Source: an uncultured virus (IMG/VR IMGVR_UViG_3300031134_000641) (lineage: Duplodnaviria > Heunggongvirae > Uroviricota > Caudoviricetes). Taken from it: 48,601 nucleotides of DNA. Under the pieces are notes generated by a model. It saw nothing but the letters and a program-made list of their open reading frames with translations. It ran no database searches and had not been told where the DNA came from. Of this stretch, positions 8,948 to 18,220 are shown in pieces (position 1 is the stretch's first letter; each line of letters opens with the position of its first letter). The translations under genes were made by a program, and so were the position numbers. The stretch lies in IMG/VR virus record IMGVR_UViG_3300031134_000641. One strand, written 5' to 3'.

Positions 8948-11900
8948 TTGAAGAAAATTGCAGGAGCGGGGATTCTCTCCCTTGTTGTCTCTGCGTTACT
9001 GGTTGCAGCCCCGCTGACTTCAGCATCTGCCGCACCCAGCGACCGTGATAACATCTATGGTCTTACCAACAATCTAAGGCAGAGCCAGGGCCTAGACACA
9101 CTAGACCGAAACTCAAGTCTTGACAGTGTAGCTCAGAACTGGGCAACATACATGGGAGAGACTGGCGACTACCGCCACCAGACACAGAGCGAAATGGCTC
9201 AGCGTATTCCTACAGGTTGGATGCGATGGGGCGAGAACATTGCTTATGTTTCTTCAAGCAGCACTTCAACTGACCTGTTCAACAACTGGGTCAACTCACC
9301 TGGTCACTACGTAAACATCGTTGGTGACTTCACAGATATTGGTGTAGGTTACTACACTAACACCATTGATGGTCTTTCCTACGGAGTCCAGATCTTCGCT
9401 GACTATCCGCCTGGGCCTCCTACAGGTCAGAATGCGCCCTCAGTGTCAGCCGTTGACGCTCGCAACGTAAACGTCTCATGGAAAGCTCCTGGTTCTGACG
9501 GTGGTTCAACCGTAACAGGATATGACGTTTACCTTACAAGACAGTATGACAACGCAACTGTTGCTAGCTCATCCGTTGACGCTAACACTCTAAGCACAGC
9601 TTTTGGGAATCTAACCCCGGGTACTGCATACTACGCATTTGTGTCTGCTAAAAACGCAATTGGAAACTCTGGTTTCTCCCCAAGCTCTGCTGTCGTAGTG
9701 ACACCTGCTGTAGCTCCCTCTGCTCCTACCACACCTGTTGTCACAGCAGGTAATCAGAAGCTGACAGTGTCATGGGATAGCCCCACTGATAATGGTGGCG
9801 CTGCTGTAACAGGTTATACTGTTAACCTTACACCTGCGGGTGGAGCAGCAGTAGCACTTGAAGTTGGTGCTGTTAACACAGTTGACTATGCTGACTTCCA
9901 GCCTGGTGTTTCTTACACCGCTACAGTAGTTGCCAAGAACTCAGCTGGTGCATCACCTGCATCCGCTGCATCTGCTTCTGTCATCTCACCATTCAAAGCT
10001 CCTGGCGCTCCTGCTGCTCCCACAGCACAGGTCACAGCAACAGCTGGACAAGTTGGTGTGACCTGGGCCGCTCCAGTTAACACTGGAGGAACAAAGATAA
10101 CAGGTTACACTGTAACAATCACCAACGTAAACAATGTTGCTGACACAAAAACATTGTCAACTGCTAACCTTTCTGCTGGGTTCTCAGGGCTAACCCCTGG
10201 TGCAACCTACACTGCTACTGTGTCCGCTAAAAACTCTGTGGGCAACTCACCTGCATCAGCAGCGTCAAACACTGTTTATGTTCTTCCTGTAGCACCTGAT
10301 GCTCCCACATCAATCGTTGCTGAACTAAGTGATGAGAAGCAGATTACTGTAACATGGGAGGCACCTGCTTACGCTGGTGGTGGAACAATTTCATCTTATG
10401 TTGTCACTTTGACTTCACAGAAAGCTGGAGTTGAGAAGAAAGTTGTCACAGTCAACGGCGACAGCAGAAGTGCTGTAGTTGAAGGTCTAGCATCTGACAC
10501 AACATACACTGCTACAGTAACAGCTGTAAACGAGACTGGTACTAGTGTCTCATCAACGGCTTCTAACAAGGTAGTCATTCCTAAATCACCTGTCGCACCC
10601 GACGCTGTCGCTCCTGCTCTAATCTCAGGTGTAACAGCAGAAGGCTTCACCTTCTCATGGGTAGAGCCTGCTTCAAATGGTGGTTCAGCAATCACAAACT
10701 ACAACGTAACAGTTGTTGCTGCTGATGGAAACAAAGTTCTTGATAACGATTACGCTGAGCCTACTTCAGTTACCTTAGATTCACTGGACTATGCAACAGG
10801 CTATACTGTTTCAATTGTTGCTGAAAACCGTATTGGTAACTCCAAGGGTTCAGAGGTAGTTGCGTACACTCTGGCTAAGGCTCCTGGTGAGGCTTACCGT
10901 CTTAACGGTCAGGCCGATGCAAAGGGTGGTCTTACTCTAAACTGGAGTGCCCCTACAGACACTGGTGGATATGTCATCAGCAACTATGCTGTCAACCTGT
11001 ACCTGGCTGAAGATCGTAGTTTGGTCAAGACAGTCAACTCTCAGGAATCTGAAGTTACTATCAACGGTCTAACTCCTGGAACTGATTACTTCTACACAGT
11101 AGTTTCATCTAACAAGGATGCTACAGGTGCGGAAAGCTCATCCTCTGGTGTTATCACCACAAGAGATGTACCTGCTGCTCCTACAAATGTTGTAACATCA
11201 GTATCTTCTGAGAACGCTTCAACTGTAACAATTACATGGGATGACGTTGCCGACAGTGACGGTTTCATTGTGACACTTACCGGCGATGACGGTAAAACTT
11301 ACACTGCTACAAATGAAAGCACAACCACCGGCTTTGCTCAGCTTACCCCTGGCGTTAGCTACACTGCTACAGTTCAGGCCGTCAATGCGATTGGAACTTC
11401 AGCTGTTTCAGCTGAGTCTAACGTAACACGAGTTGCACCTGTTGCTCCTGATGCTGTAACAAACGTTAAAACAGTTGTTGCAGGCACCAAAGCTACTGTC
11501 ACCTGGAACGCACCAGCGTTTAATGGCGGCGGCACCGACCTTCGTTACTTTGTATCTGTAGCGAACCAGGCAAATAACCAGGATGTTCGCACTGGAACAG
11601 TTACTGACACAACCTTTGTAGCAGAGAACTTGACACCTGGTGCAGTTTACGATGTTCTTGTTGTCTCTGCGAACAGTGAAGGTTTCGCTCAGCTAGGCGG
11701 AAAGGCTGTAGCAAGCATTGCTGCGGTTGCTCCTGATGCTGTGAGAGATGCAACTGCTTCCCTTGACGCTGACCGAGTAAACTCTGCTGTTGTCAGATGG
11801 AATGCTCCTGAGTTTGATGGTGGTTCTAAGGTTTACGAGTACCGCGTTACTCTTACTCCTACTACATCCAGAGGAACAGAGCAGGTCGTAGCCGTTAAGG

Positions 11901-12952
11901 CTGATGACACAGAAGCTCGTTTTAGCAACCTAACTCCTGGTGCAACTTATACTACATCAATTGAAGCTCGCAACAAAGTTGGCTTCTCTGAGGTAACAAA
12001 GGCAGATAACGTGGCTGTGCCAGCAACAGTTTCATCTGCTCCAGTTGACACAGCAGTTTCTCTAGCTTCAAAGAGTAGTGTCAAAGTGACATGGTCTGCT
12101 CCTACCTCTGATGGTGGTGCGGATGTTACCGGATATGTTGTAACACTAGTCAACTCAAATGGTGAGAAGGTTTCTTCTGTAACAGTTGGTAGCGTAGCTG
12201 AGTATGTCTTCAGTGATGTAGTCGGTAGCGAGAGCTACAGTGCTACTGTCCAGGCTATCAACGCAGCTGGAACAAGTGAGGCAACAAAGTCTACTTCTGA
12301 AGTGGATGTAGAGCCTTCAACTACACCTGAGGCACCTGCTGCCGATGACACTCAGCTAAAAGAGCTAGAGAACAGTGAAATTGTAGAAGTCAAAGCTGTT
12401 ACAGATAACACTATCACAGCACGTGTTAGCGGAAATTCAGGAGACTGGGTATACGCTTACGCTTACTCAACTCCTACTCCTCTAGGTTGGGCACAGATTA
12501 ACGCTGACGGCGAAGCTTCATGGAGTCTAGCATCAGCAAGCCTAGTTGAGGGTGTTCACACTCTCGCTGTGCTAAACGAAGATGGCACTCTACGTGGCTA
12601 CGATGATTTCACTGTCGCCGCTGTCGTCGCCCCCGTTGACCCAACAACACCAGTTGAGCCAACACCAGGCACTCCTGCCGACCCAACAACACCAGTAACA
12701 CCTGAAACCCCAGTATCTATTAACCCTAATGATGCTGCTGTTAACAATGGTACAAACCCTGTTGCAGTTCAGGTAACAGATGCTGATGTTAAAGCAAGCA
12801 ACGAAAGAGCACGTACTTTAGCCTTCACCGGTTCTGAGCCAGGAAACAACATTGGCTCAGCAGTGCTCCTTCTACTAGCTGGGCTAGGACTGCTAGGCGT
12901 AGCTCGTGTACGTCAGCAGAAAACAGCCAAAAAAGCTACACAAATTGGTTAA
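8948..12952 (+). CDS. Cell-wall-anchored surface protein: signal peptide, CAP/SCP domain, ~10 fibronectin-III repeats, LAFTG sortase signal
   Basis: CAP motifs GENIA and WVNSPGHYVNI; ten W-x-x-P...Y...L-x-PG-x-x-Y-type repeats; P/T linker; LAFTG then TM then basic tail. Confidence 0.9.
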   Translation: MKKIAGAGILSLVVSALLVAAPLTSASAAPSDRDNIYGLTNNLRQSQGLDTLDRNSSLDSVAQNWATYMGETGDYRHQTQSEMAQRIPTGWMRWGENIAYVSSSSTSTDLFNNWVNSPGHYVNIVGDFTDIGVGYYTNTIDGLSYGVQIFADYPPGPPTGQNAPSVSAVDARNVNVSWKAPGSDGGSTVTGYDVYLTRQYDNATVASSSVDANTLSTAFGNLTPGTAYYAFVSAKNAIGNSGFSPSSAVVVTPAVAPSAPTTPVVTAGNQKLTVSWDSPTDNGGAAVTGYTVNLTPAGGAAVALEVGAVNTVDYADFQPGVSYTATVVAKNSAGASPASAASASVISPFKAPGAPAAPTAQVTATAGQVGVTWAAPVNTGGTKITGYTVTITNVNNVADTKTLSTANLSAGFSGLTPGATYTATVSAKNSVGNSPASAASNTVYVLPVAPDAPTSIVAELSDEKQITVTWEAPAYAGGGTISSYVVTLTSQKAGVEKKVVTVNGDSRSAVVEGLASDTTYTATVTAVNETGTSVSSTASNKVVIPKSPVAPDAVAPALISGVTAEGFTFSWVEPASNGGSAITNYNVTVVAADGNKVLDNDYAEPTSVTLDSLDYATGYTVSIVAENRIGNSKGSEVVAYTLAKAPGEAYRLNGQADAKGGLTLNWSAPTDTGGYVISNYAVNLYLAEDRSLVKTVNSQESEVTINGLTPGTDYFYTVVSSNKDATGAESSSSGVITTRDVPAAPTNVVTSVSSENASTVTITWDDVADSDGFIVTLTGDDGKTYTATNESTTTGFAQLTPGVSYTATVQAVNAIGTSAVSAESNVTRVAPVAPDAVTNVKTVVAGTKATVTWNAPAFNGGGTDLRYFVSVANQANNQDVRTGTVTDTTFVAENLTPGAVYDVLVVSANSEGFAQLGGKAVASIAAVAPDAVRDATASLDADRVNSAVVRWNAPEFDGGSKVYEYRVTLTPTTSRGTEQVVAVKADDTEARFSNLTPGATYTTSIEARNKVGFSEVTKADNVAVPATVSSAPVDTAVSLASKSSVKVTWSAPTSDGGADVTGYVVTLVNSNGEKVSSVTVGSVAEYVFSDVVGSESYSATVQAINAAGTSEATKSTSEVDVEPSTTPEAPAADDTQLKELENSEIVEVKAVTDNTITARVSGNSGDWVYAYAYSTPTPLGWAQINADGEASWSLASASLVEGVHTLAVLNEDGTLRGYDDFTVAAVVAPVDPTTPVEPTPGTPADPTTPVTPETPVSINPNDAAVNNGTNPVAVQVTDADVKASNERARTLAFTGSEPGNNIGSAVLLLLAGLGLLGVARVRQQKTAKKATQIG

Positions 12953-12957
12953 ACAGT

Positions 12958-13015
12958 AATTCCCATGAGTAAGGCCCCAACTAGAAAATTAGTTGGGGCC
13001 TTACTCATGGGAATT
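12958..13015. terminator. 26-bp-arm hairpin followed by a T-tract
   Basis: aattcccatgagtaaggccccaacta-gaaaat-tagttggggccttactcatgggaatt. Confidence 0.85.
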
Positions 13016-13044
13016 TTTATTTTTATATGATGTTGTAGTTCTGT

Positions 13045-13380
13045 ATGACCGATCAAAAACATTTCCCAGTCCAATTAACTGATGCAGCTGCACAGAAAGC
13101 TCTTTCCCTAGTTGGTTCACGCGATGATTTAAAACTCCGTATTAGTGTGCAGCCAGGAGGTTGCTCAGGATTGATTTATCAGCTTTACTTTGACGAGCGT
13201 GAGCTTGAAGGCGACTTAGTGAAAGACTTCGGTGGTATAGAAGCAATAGTAGATAAGATGAGCGCACCATATCTTGATGGTTCCACCATCAACTTTGAGG
13301 ACACAATTGAGAAGCAAGGTTTTCAGATAGACAATCCCAATGCAGCTGGCTCCTGTGCTTGCGGTGACAGCTTCCATTGA
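13045..13380 (+). CDS. iscA: A-type Fe-S cluster carrier (HesB/IscA/ErpA family)
   Basis: GGCSG and NPNA-x-GSCACGDSFH. Confidence 0.93.
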   Translation: MTDQKHFPVQLTDAAAQKALSLVGSRDDLKLRISVQPGGCSGLIYQLYFDERELEGDLVKDFGGIEAIVDKMSAPYLDGSTINFEDTIEKQGFQIDNPNAAGSCACGDSFH

Positions 13381-13381
13381 T

Positions 13382-13391
13382 GTTAGATATC
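13382..13391 (+). promoter_or_regulatory. GTTAGnnAT motif
   Basis: GTTAGATATC; 9-nt spacer from GTTAG to ATG 13396. Confidence 0.7.
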
Positions 13392-13395
13392 ACCT

Positions 13396-14124
13396 ATGAC
13401 AAGTCATACACCTATTGCCTTAGGTCATGGTAAATTTTGCTATTCTGGACCCAACTGTCGGATTCACGGCAAGAAAAACTCTTTTGATAGCTTAACAGAT
13501 GTTTTTAATAGGGTAGATGCGGAGTTTCCCGCAGTTACAGAAAAATCTGAAACCACTACTGTACAATTTGAGAAAGAAGCGAAAGCCTTTTTTAAAACAC
13601 TTTCGCCTAACGAGAAATATGCAATTGCTAAGTACTCAGACAAGAACGGTTCTATCCGGGTAAACCGAACCTTAGATCAGAATGCAAAAATACATGATCC
13701 TGAGGTTATCCGGATGGTTACGGACCTGGATTCGTCCTTCCAGAAGCAGCAGGATGGCGCTCAGCGAACTTTATACCGTGGGGTGGAGAACTTACCGCTC
13801 TCATGGGCTGAGGACCTTAGAAAGGGTTCTACAGTTACTAGCCTAAGTTACATGTCAACTAGCTTGAACCCTCACAAAGCTTTTGAGTTTACATCAAGGG
13901 AAAAGCCTATTCTTTTCAAAATAGACTCCGGCAGAGGCTTGCCTATTTTAGTTCACGAAAATGAGTTTGAGATACTTCTCCCTCGCAAACAAAGCTACCA
14001 GGTAGTTAGCATTGAAGAAAATATTGCTGTTAATGCCTACAGCCCCAACCATGACGTGGGCATAAATACAAGCGGCTTGAAAACCAGACATGGTGTCATG
14101 TTGGTTACGCTTAAAGCCTTATAA
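13396..14124 (+). CDS. ADP-ribosyltransferase (R-S-E, VIP2/C3-like) with N-terminal Cys/His tag, ART1
   Basis: LYRG, YMSTS, ENEFEILLPR; tag CYSGPNCRIHG. Confidence 0.88.
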   Translation: MTSHTPIALGHGKFCYSGPNCRIHGKKNSFDSLTDVFNRVDAEFPAVTEKSETTTVQFEKEAKAFFKTLSPNEKYAIAKYSDKNGSIRVNRTLDQNAKIHDPEVIRMVTDLDSSFQKQQDGAQRTLYRGVENLPLSWAEDLRKGSTVTSLSYMSTSLNPHKAFEFTSREKPILFKIDSGRGLPILVHENEFEILLPRKQSYQVVSIEENIAVNAYSPNHDVGINTSGLKTRHGVMLVTLKAL

Positions 14125-14127
14125 AAG

Positions 14128-14169
14128 AGGTGTGGCCCTGAACTAAGTTTCTAGTTCAGGGCCACACCT
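14128..14169. terminator. Bidirectional terminator hairpin
   Basis: aggtgtggccctgaacta-agtttc-tagttcagggccacacct between convergent genes. Confidence 0.85.
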
Positions 14170-14181
14170 TTTTGTTAATCA

Positions 14182-14928
14182 CTACTCTCTAAAAATAGCG
14201 ATGATACGAAGAATTTCTGTATACAACCAGACAAGCGTTACCATAAGACCGAATGCAGCTGTCCAACCGTCTTGGATTGGAGCACGGTTCTCGGCACCTT
14301 GTTGAATATAAGTGAAATCAAGCACTAATGAGTATGAAGCTAGTAGAACTGCGAACGCTCCAATAATTAGCCCTAATGGGATACCAAAGACTTCGTAACC
14401 ACGAATACCGAATGCGTTGTCCATCACGCCTGTTAATGAGATAACAAAGTTAACAAGGGAGAACAACGCGTAGCTGATTAAAGCTACCATGAAGACTTTC
14501 GTTAGTTTCGGAGTAGCCCTTACTTTACCACTAGTGAACAATGCAAGTACGACACCGAACACAACTAAGGTTCCAATGACAGCTTGGCTGACGATACCAG
14601 GATACCTTCCTTCAAAAATTCCCGATAGTGCACCAAGGAACACACCTTCTACAAGTGAATAGGCGAGGATAAGAGGAACATTAGGGTTTCTTCGGAAAGC
14701 GTTGACGAGTCCTAGGACAAGTGCTCCTATCGCTGCTGGTATCAGCAGCGCAGGAATGAACCATCCTACCGCTGCACCTACAAGCAGGACAGCGAAGAGT
14801 CCAACTGTTTTTGTAATGGTGTTTTCTACCGTCATAACATCGTTTTGATTATTGGTGACATTGGGGTTGTAGTAGTAACCATTTTGAGGTTGGAACTCAG
14901 GGTTCTTTCTCAATACGGGGCTTGACAT
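14182..14928 (-). CDS. Bax inhibitor-1/YccA-like membrane protein
   Basis: Multi-TM; SLVLDF; C-terminal AAFGLMVTLVWLYTEILRI. Confidence 0.88.
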   Translation of the reverse strand: MSSPVLRKNPEFQPQNGYYYNPNVTNNQNDVMTVENTITKTVGLFAVLLVGAAVGWFIPALLIPAAIGALVLGLVNAFRRNPNVPLILAYSLVEGVFLGALSGIFEGRYPGIVSQAVIGTLVVFGVVLALFTSGKVRATPKLTKVFMVALISYALFSLVNFVISLTGVMDNAFGIRGYEVFGIPLGLIIGAFAVLLASYSLVLDFTYIQQGAENRAPIQDGWTAAFGLMVTLVWLYTEILRIIAIFRE

Positions 14929-15150
14929 TAATTTCTCCTTATACTGACAGCCATTATAACATCTATATCGGTGTGAATACTGTGTGTTGTCTGAAAGCGA
15001 GCAGGCAAAATGTGTGGTATAGTTGTTTCATACGTTTTGCGCATTTGTTACATTTGTGTTACAGTGACCGATAACGATATTAACCGGGCAATTACCCACA
15101 AGGTGATTGTCTGTATTTTTGTGTCCATAAGAAGAAAAGAAAGAAACACC

Positions 15151-15306
15151 ATGTTTAAGAGAATTACCACTGCACTATCCCCTCGTGAAATCTTCGCTGA
15201 GGAAGAGCGCCAGAAACGCGCTAATGCTCGTAAAAAGTATGTAGCTCACGAAGAAGGTCGCCCTGAGGCAGATATCAAAATGCCTCTCAATATCTTCATC
15301 CGCTAA
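15151..15306 (+). CDS. Small basic hypothetical protein (51 aa)
   Basis: ATG 15151 follows a purine-rich SD-like stretch; CCGATA at 15068. Confidence 0.55.
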   Translation: MFKRITTALSPREIFAEEERQKRANARKKYVAHEEGRPEADIKMPLNIFIR

Positions 15307-15399
15307 CTTATGAGATTTCTATGAACTCTCTGTGTACTAGCTGTATTTAAATTATCATAACAGATAGATATAGCACCACCTCATAGAACAGGAACTTAC

Positions 15400-15774
15400 A
15401 TGGATGAGACTACTCAACCAAACGACAGTGGAACCTCTGATGCAACCGCTCCGCAGAAGGGGAACAACCGCTGGACCGTTAAATCTAAAACTACTGCTAA
15501 AGTTTTAGGGGCTGTTGCTGTAGGTTTTGTTCTATTTACAGGTGGGGTTGTAGTCGGAACAGATGTAGACCATGGTGGAGATCACTCTCGTCCTTCTGTC
15601 ATGGATAAACAAGAACATAACAGAACTGGAACAGACGAACAGGCAAATAGACCTGATCGTCCTATACGTCAGAATGGGCAACGCGTAGAAGGTGCTGACT
15701 CTGGCAGACCAGGACAAAGCAATGTTCAACCGGAAAATCAGTTAGAAGATGTTCCAGATATCTCTTCTGAGTAA
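15400..15774 (+). CDS. Single-TM hypothetical protein with disordered tail
   Basis: TM VLGAVAVGFVLFTGGVVVG; AGGA SD. Confidence 0.7.
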   Translation: MDETTQPNDSGTSDATAPQKGNNRWTVKSKTTAKVLGAVAVGFVLFTGGVVVGTDVDHGGDHSRPSVMDKQEHNRTGTDEQANRPDRPIRQNGQRVEGADSGRPGQSNVQPENQLEDVPDISSE

Positions 15775-15785
15775 ACAACAGATAT

Positions 15786-15835
15786 AAATGAGTGTGGCCC
15801 CTAAGATATCGCTCTCTTAGGGGCCACACTCATTT
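15786..15835. terminator. 21-bp-arm hairpin
   Basis: aaatgagtgtggcccctaaga-N8-tcttaggggccacactcattt. Confidence 0.75.
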
Positions 15836-15845
15836 GTTAGTTATA
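15836..15845 (+). promoter_or_regulatory. GTTAGnnAT motif
   Basis: GTTAGTTATA; 9-nt spacer to ATG 15850. Confidence 0.7.
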
Positions 15846-15849
15846 GGTT

Positions 15850-16737
15850 ATGAAACGCTTTCCACGAATAGCTGTAGGTACAAACACAGCAGGTAACACA
15901 ATGTACTGCTATGCAGGTCCAGAATGTCGTCTACATGGCTCTCAGGCGGCCTCTGCGGCCTTTGACAAGCGAATACAAGTGCTTCAGTCGGATCTCATTA
16001 AAACTCCTTTAGAACGGCTCCTACCTGACCGCACACTTGTACGCAGAGGTCTGAACGGACCAGATAGCACTGACAAAGTTATGGCCCTTACAAAAGAGGG
16101 CCATGACTGGCGTAGCAAGCTTACAGAAGATGAAATAGAAGAAATAGAAAACTACCGCAACACCGGTTTTGACTATATCAACGAATACCTGAACTTTCCA
16201 TCTACAAAACAAGGCTTGTCCAACGAAGGTATAGACAGTCGCATCTCTGAGATTGACTCAGCACTAGCAAAAGCGACTCCACCAGTAGAGCCACGCTTAC
16301 TGTATCGCTCTTTTAAGGTACCCGGCCTGGGAAAGAAAGTCAAGGATGCTAAAGCCGTAGCGAAATACATTGACGAAAACTTCACACCAGGAACAAAATT
16401 AAAATGGAATGCATTTCTTTCTACTAGCCTAGACTCCGACTTGATGGTTTATCACACATCACGTCGGGAAAACCTTGTCATCTTTGAAATCATCTCTGCA
16501 AGAGGTGCGATTGTTCACACCGAAAATAGTCGTCCCGGCTGGTCAGCCAAGGATGAAGAAAAAGAAGTTCTTATCCCACGTGGGAGCACAATGAGAGTAG
16601 CAAATGTGCTCAAAAATGTTAGCTATGAGACAACACACGCTGAAGGGGTTACCTCACCTGAAAATCCTTTCGCCGCCTATATGAAACCTAAGCCCAGAAG
16701 AAGATTCACTGTTGTCCAGCTAGTTGATGAGAGTTAA
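15850..16737 (+). CDS. ADP-ribosyltransferase (R-S-E type) with N-terminal Cys/His tag, ART2
   Basis: INEYL, LYRS, FLSTSL, EEKEVLIPRG; tag CYAGPECRLHG. Confidence 0.85.
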   Translation: MKRFPRIAVGTNTAGNTMYCYAGPECRLHGSQAASAAFDKRIQVLQSDLIKTPLERLLPDRTLVRRGLNGPDSTDKVMALTKEGHDWRSKLTEDEIEEIENYRNTGFDYINEYLNFPSTKQGLSNEGIDSRISEIDSALAKATPPVEPRLLYRSFKVPGLGKKVKDAKAVAKYIDENFTPGTKLKWNAFLSTSLDSDLMVYHTSRRENLVIFEIISARGAIVHTENSRPGWSAKDEEKEVLIPRGSTMRVANVLKNVSYETTHAEGVTSPENPFAAYMKPKPRRRFTVVQLVDES

Positions 16738-17075
16738 AATCTTCTGACCATTTCATACCACTGACTTTTCTCTTCAGCTGAAAGCGGTGTATCGTGCAAA
16801 GCTGCGTTAAGTTCTGCACGATCATGTTCAGAATATGTGTCATAGGAACGGAAGCTTGCCTTTTCAAGTTTACGTGTGTTCCATACGTGCATTTCTAAAC
16901 TTAAGAAGCATGCTGCAAAAGTATATACGAACAGGAATAGTAGAACCGAACTAAGAGGACTGTCTTTTGGGAAAAAGATGCCAACAATGGCTACCAGCAT
17001 TGCGAGGATAATGGCTACCAGCCCGGATACGAAAAGGTTACGGGCGAAGCTTTCCATCGTAATGTTTTTTATCAT
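16734..17075 (-). CDS. Two-TM hypothetical membrane protein
   Basis: Two hydrophobic helices; C-terminal LSAEEKSQWYEMVRRF. Confidence 0.7.
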   Translation of the reverse strand: MIKNITMESFARNLFVSGLVAIILAMLVAIVGIFFPKDSPLSSVLLFLFVYTFAACFLSLEMHVWNTRKLEKASFRSYDTYSEHDRAELNAALHDTPLSAEEKSQWYEMVRRF

Positions 17076-17117
17076 ACTTTAACTATATCAGTTTTTTCTA
17101 TGAAATCAAAATTGGTA

Positions 17118-17510
17118 TCAGAAGTCTTTCATTATTTCTGCCCATTGCTTCTGCTCATCAACACTTAGAGTGTGATTAGCTTTAGTCTGTGATGATGAAG
17201 AAGGCACTTTAATTTTAGTAAGGTCTTCTCCCGCGTCGTATTTTTGATGTATGTGGCGCTCAAAAATTCCGAAACGTACGCCTGTTGATTCCCTAATTTT
17301 AAATAAAGCCCAGAACCCGTATGATAGAGGTATGATAGGAACTACTATTAAAAGCAAGCCTACAACGATAGCTGAGCTAAAGTTAGAAGCGTGTAGTATA
17401 AAAATGAAAACTAGAATAGGAACAGCTATGAGGACTAACCCTGTTCTCACGAGAAAAACAGCGTTGTCAGCATCTTTAGCAAGGTTCTTTGTTCTGGTGT
17501 CACTACTCAT
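17118..17510 (-). CDS. Two-TM hypothetical membrane protein
   Basis: Two hydrophobic helices; C-terminal LSVDEQKQWAEIMKDF; AGGA SD. Confidence 0.7.
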   Translation of the reverse strand: MSSDTRTKNLAKDADNAVFLVRTGLVLIAVPILVFIFILHASNFSSAIVVGLLLIVVPIIPLSYGFWALFKIRESTGVRFGIFERHIHQKYDAGEDLTKIKVPSSSSQTKANHTLSVDEQKQWAEIMKDF

Positions 17511-17561
17511 AACTATTCCTAAGATAGATGTTTATACTGTCGTGTTCGAATATCGGGCAAA

Positions 17562-18152
17562 TCAACCAAAAATTAACTTTCTGGACCATTCTCTAGGCAA
17601 GTTCTCATGGTCAGGCAAGTCCACCATGGTAATAATTTTCTCAGCTAAACCGTTTATAACCGGATGATATGCTGTCATCTGTTTTGACAAGGCATAGTCT
17701 GTGACCTCTATTGGGGTGGCAGACAGGAAGAAAGGCAATATCAACTTGTTTTTGTTAGCCTCACCTAGCCTGTTAAAGTTCGCTGGTAAGTTTTTGAGCT
17801 TGCTACGGTAAGCTAGCAAATTCTGGTACTGCTCCTCAACTGCGAGTTTAACTTGCTTGTCATCTTTGAAACATAGGTTCACAAGCAATCTTGAATGCCA
17901 TCTTGCATAATCTTGTGCATATGAGTTACGCGTGGTTGCTGTAGTTTGGTGTATAGGTGTGGGCATTAGCGCTAAGCCGTTGTTCCACTTGTAGCTACTC
18001 CCAGTGCGAGCTTGGTATTTACCCATGTCCCATTCAAAAGCGCTGTCACTTTGTAGGGATATGTTCCATATTCGGTCTCTATTTTGCTTTGTGAGTTTAT
18101 ACCCGGTGTTGTGTAACTTAAGCACAATCGGGTCTGTCGGCTTTGCTGTCAT
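17562..18152 (-). CDS. Hypothetical protein
   Basis: ATG 18152 has a GGAAGG SD; C-terminal LPREWSRKL motif. Confidence 0.65.
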   Translation of the reverse strand: MTAKPTDPIVLKLHNTGYKLTKQNRDRIWNISLQSDSAFEWDMGKYQARTGSSYKWNNGLALMPTPIHQTTATTRNSYAQDYARWHSRLLVNLCFKDDKQVKLAVEEQYQNLLAYRSKLKNLPANFNRLGEANKNKLILPFFLSATPIEVTDYALSKQMTAYHPVINGLAEKIITMVDLPDHENLPREWSRKLIFG

Positions 18153-18220
18153 TGCAACCTTCCTTGCAAACGTAAGGCAGTTCTGCATTTACGTTCATGA
18201 AATGACTAGGCTACCACATT

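Noticed and set aside
12638..12696. 17-bp direct repeat gacccaacaacaccagt, two copies
   Set aside because: Encodes DPTTPV repeats in the P/T linker of the surface protein; not a CRISPR array or att site.
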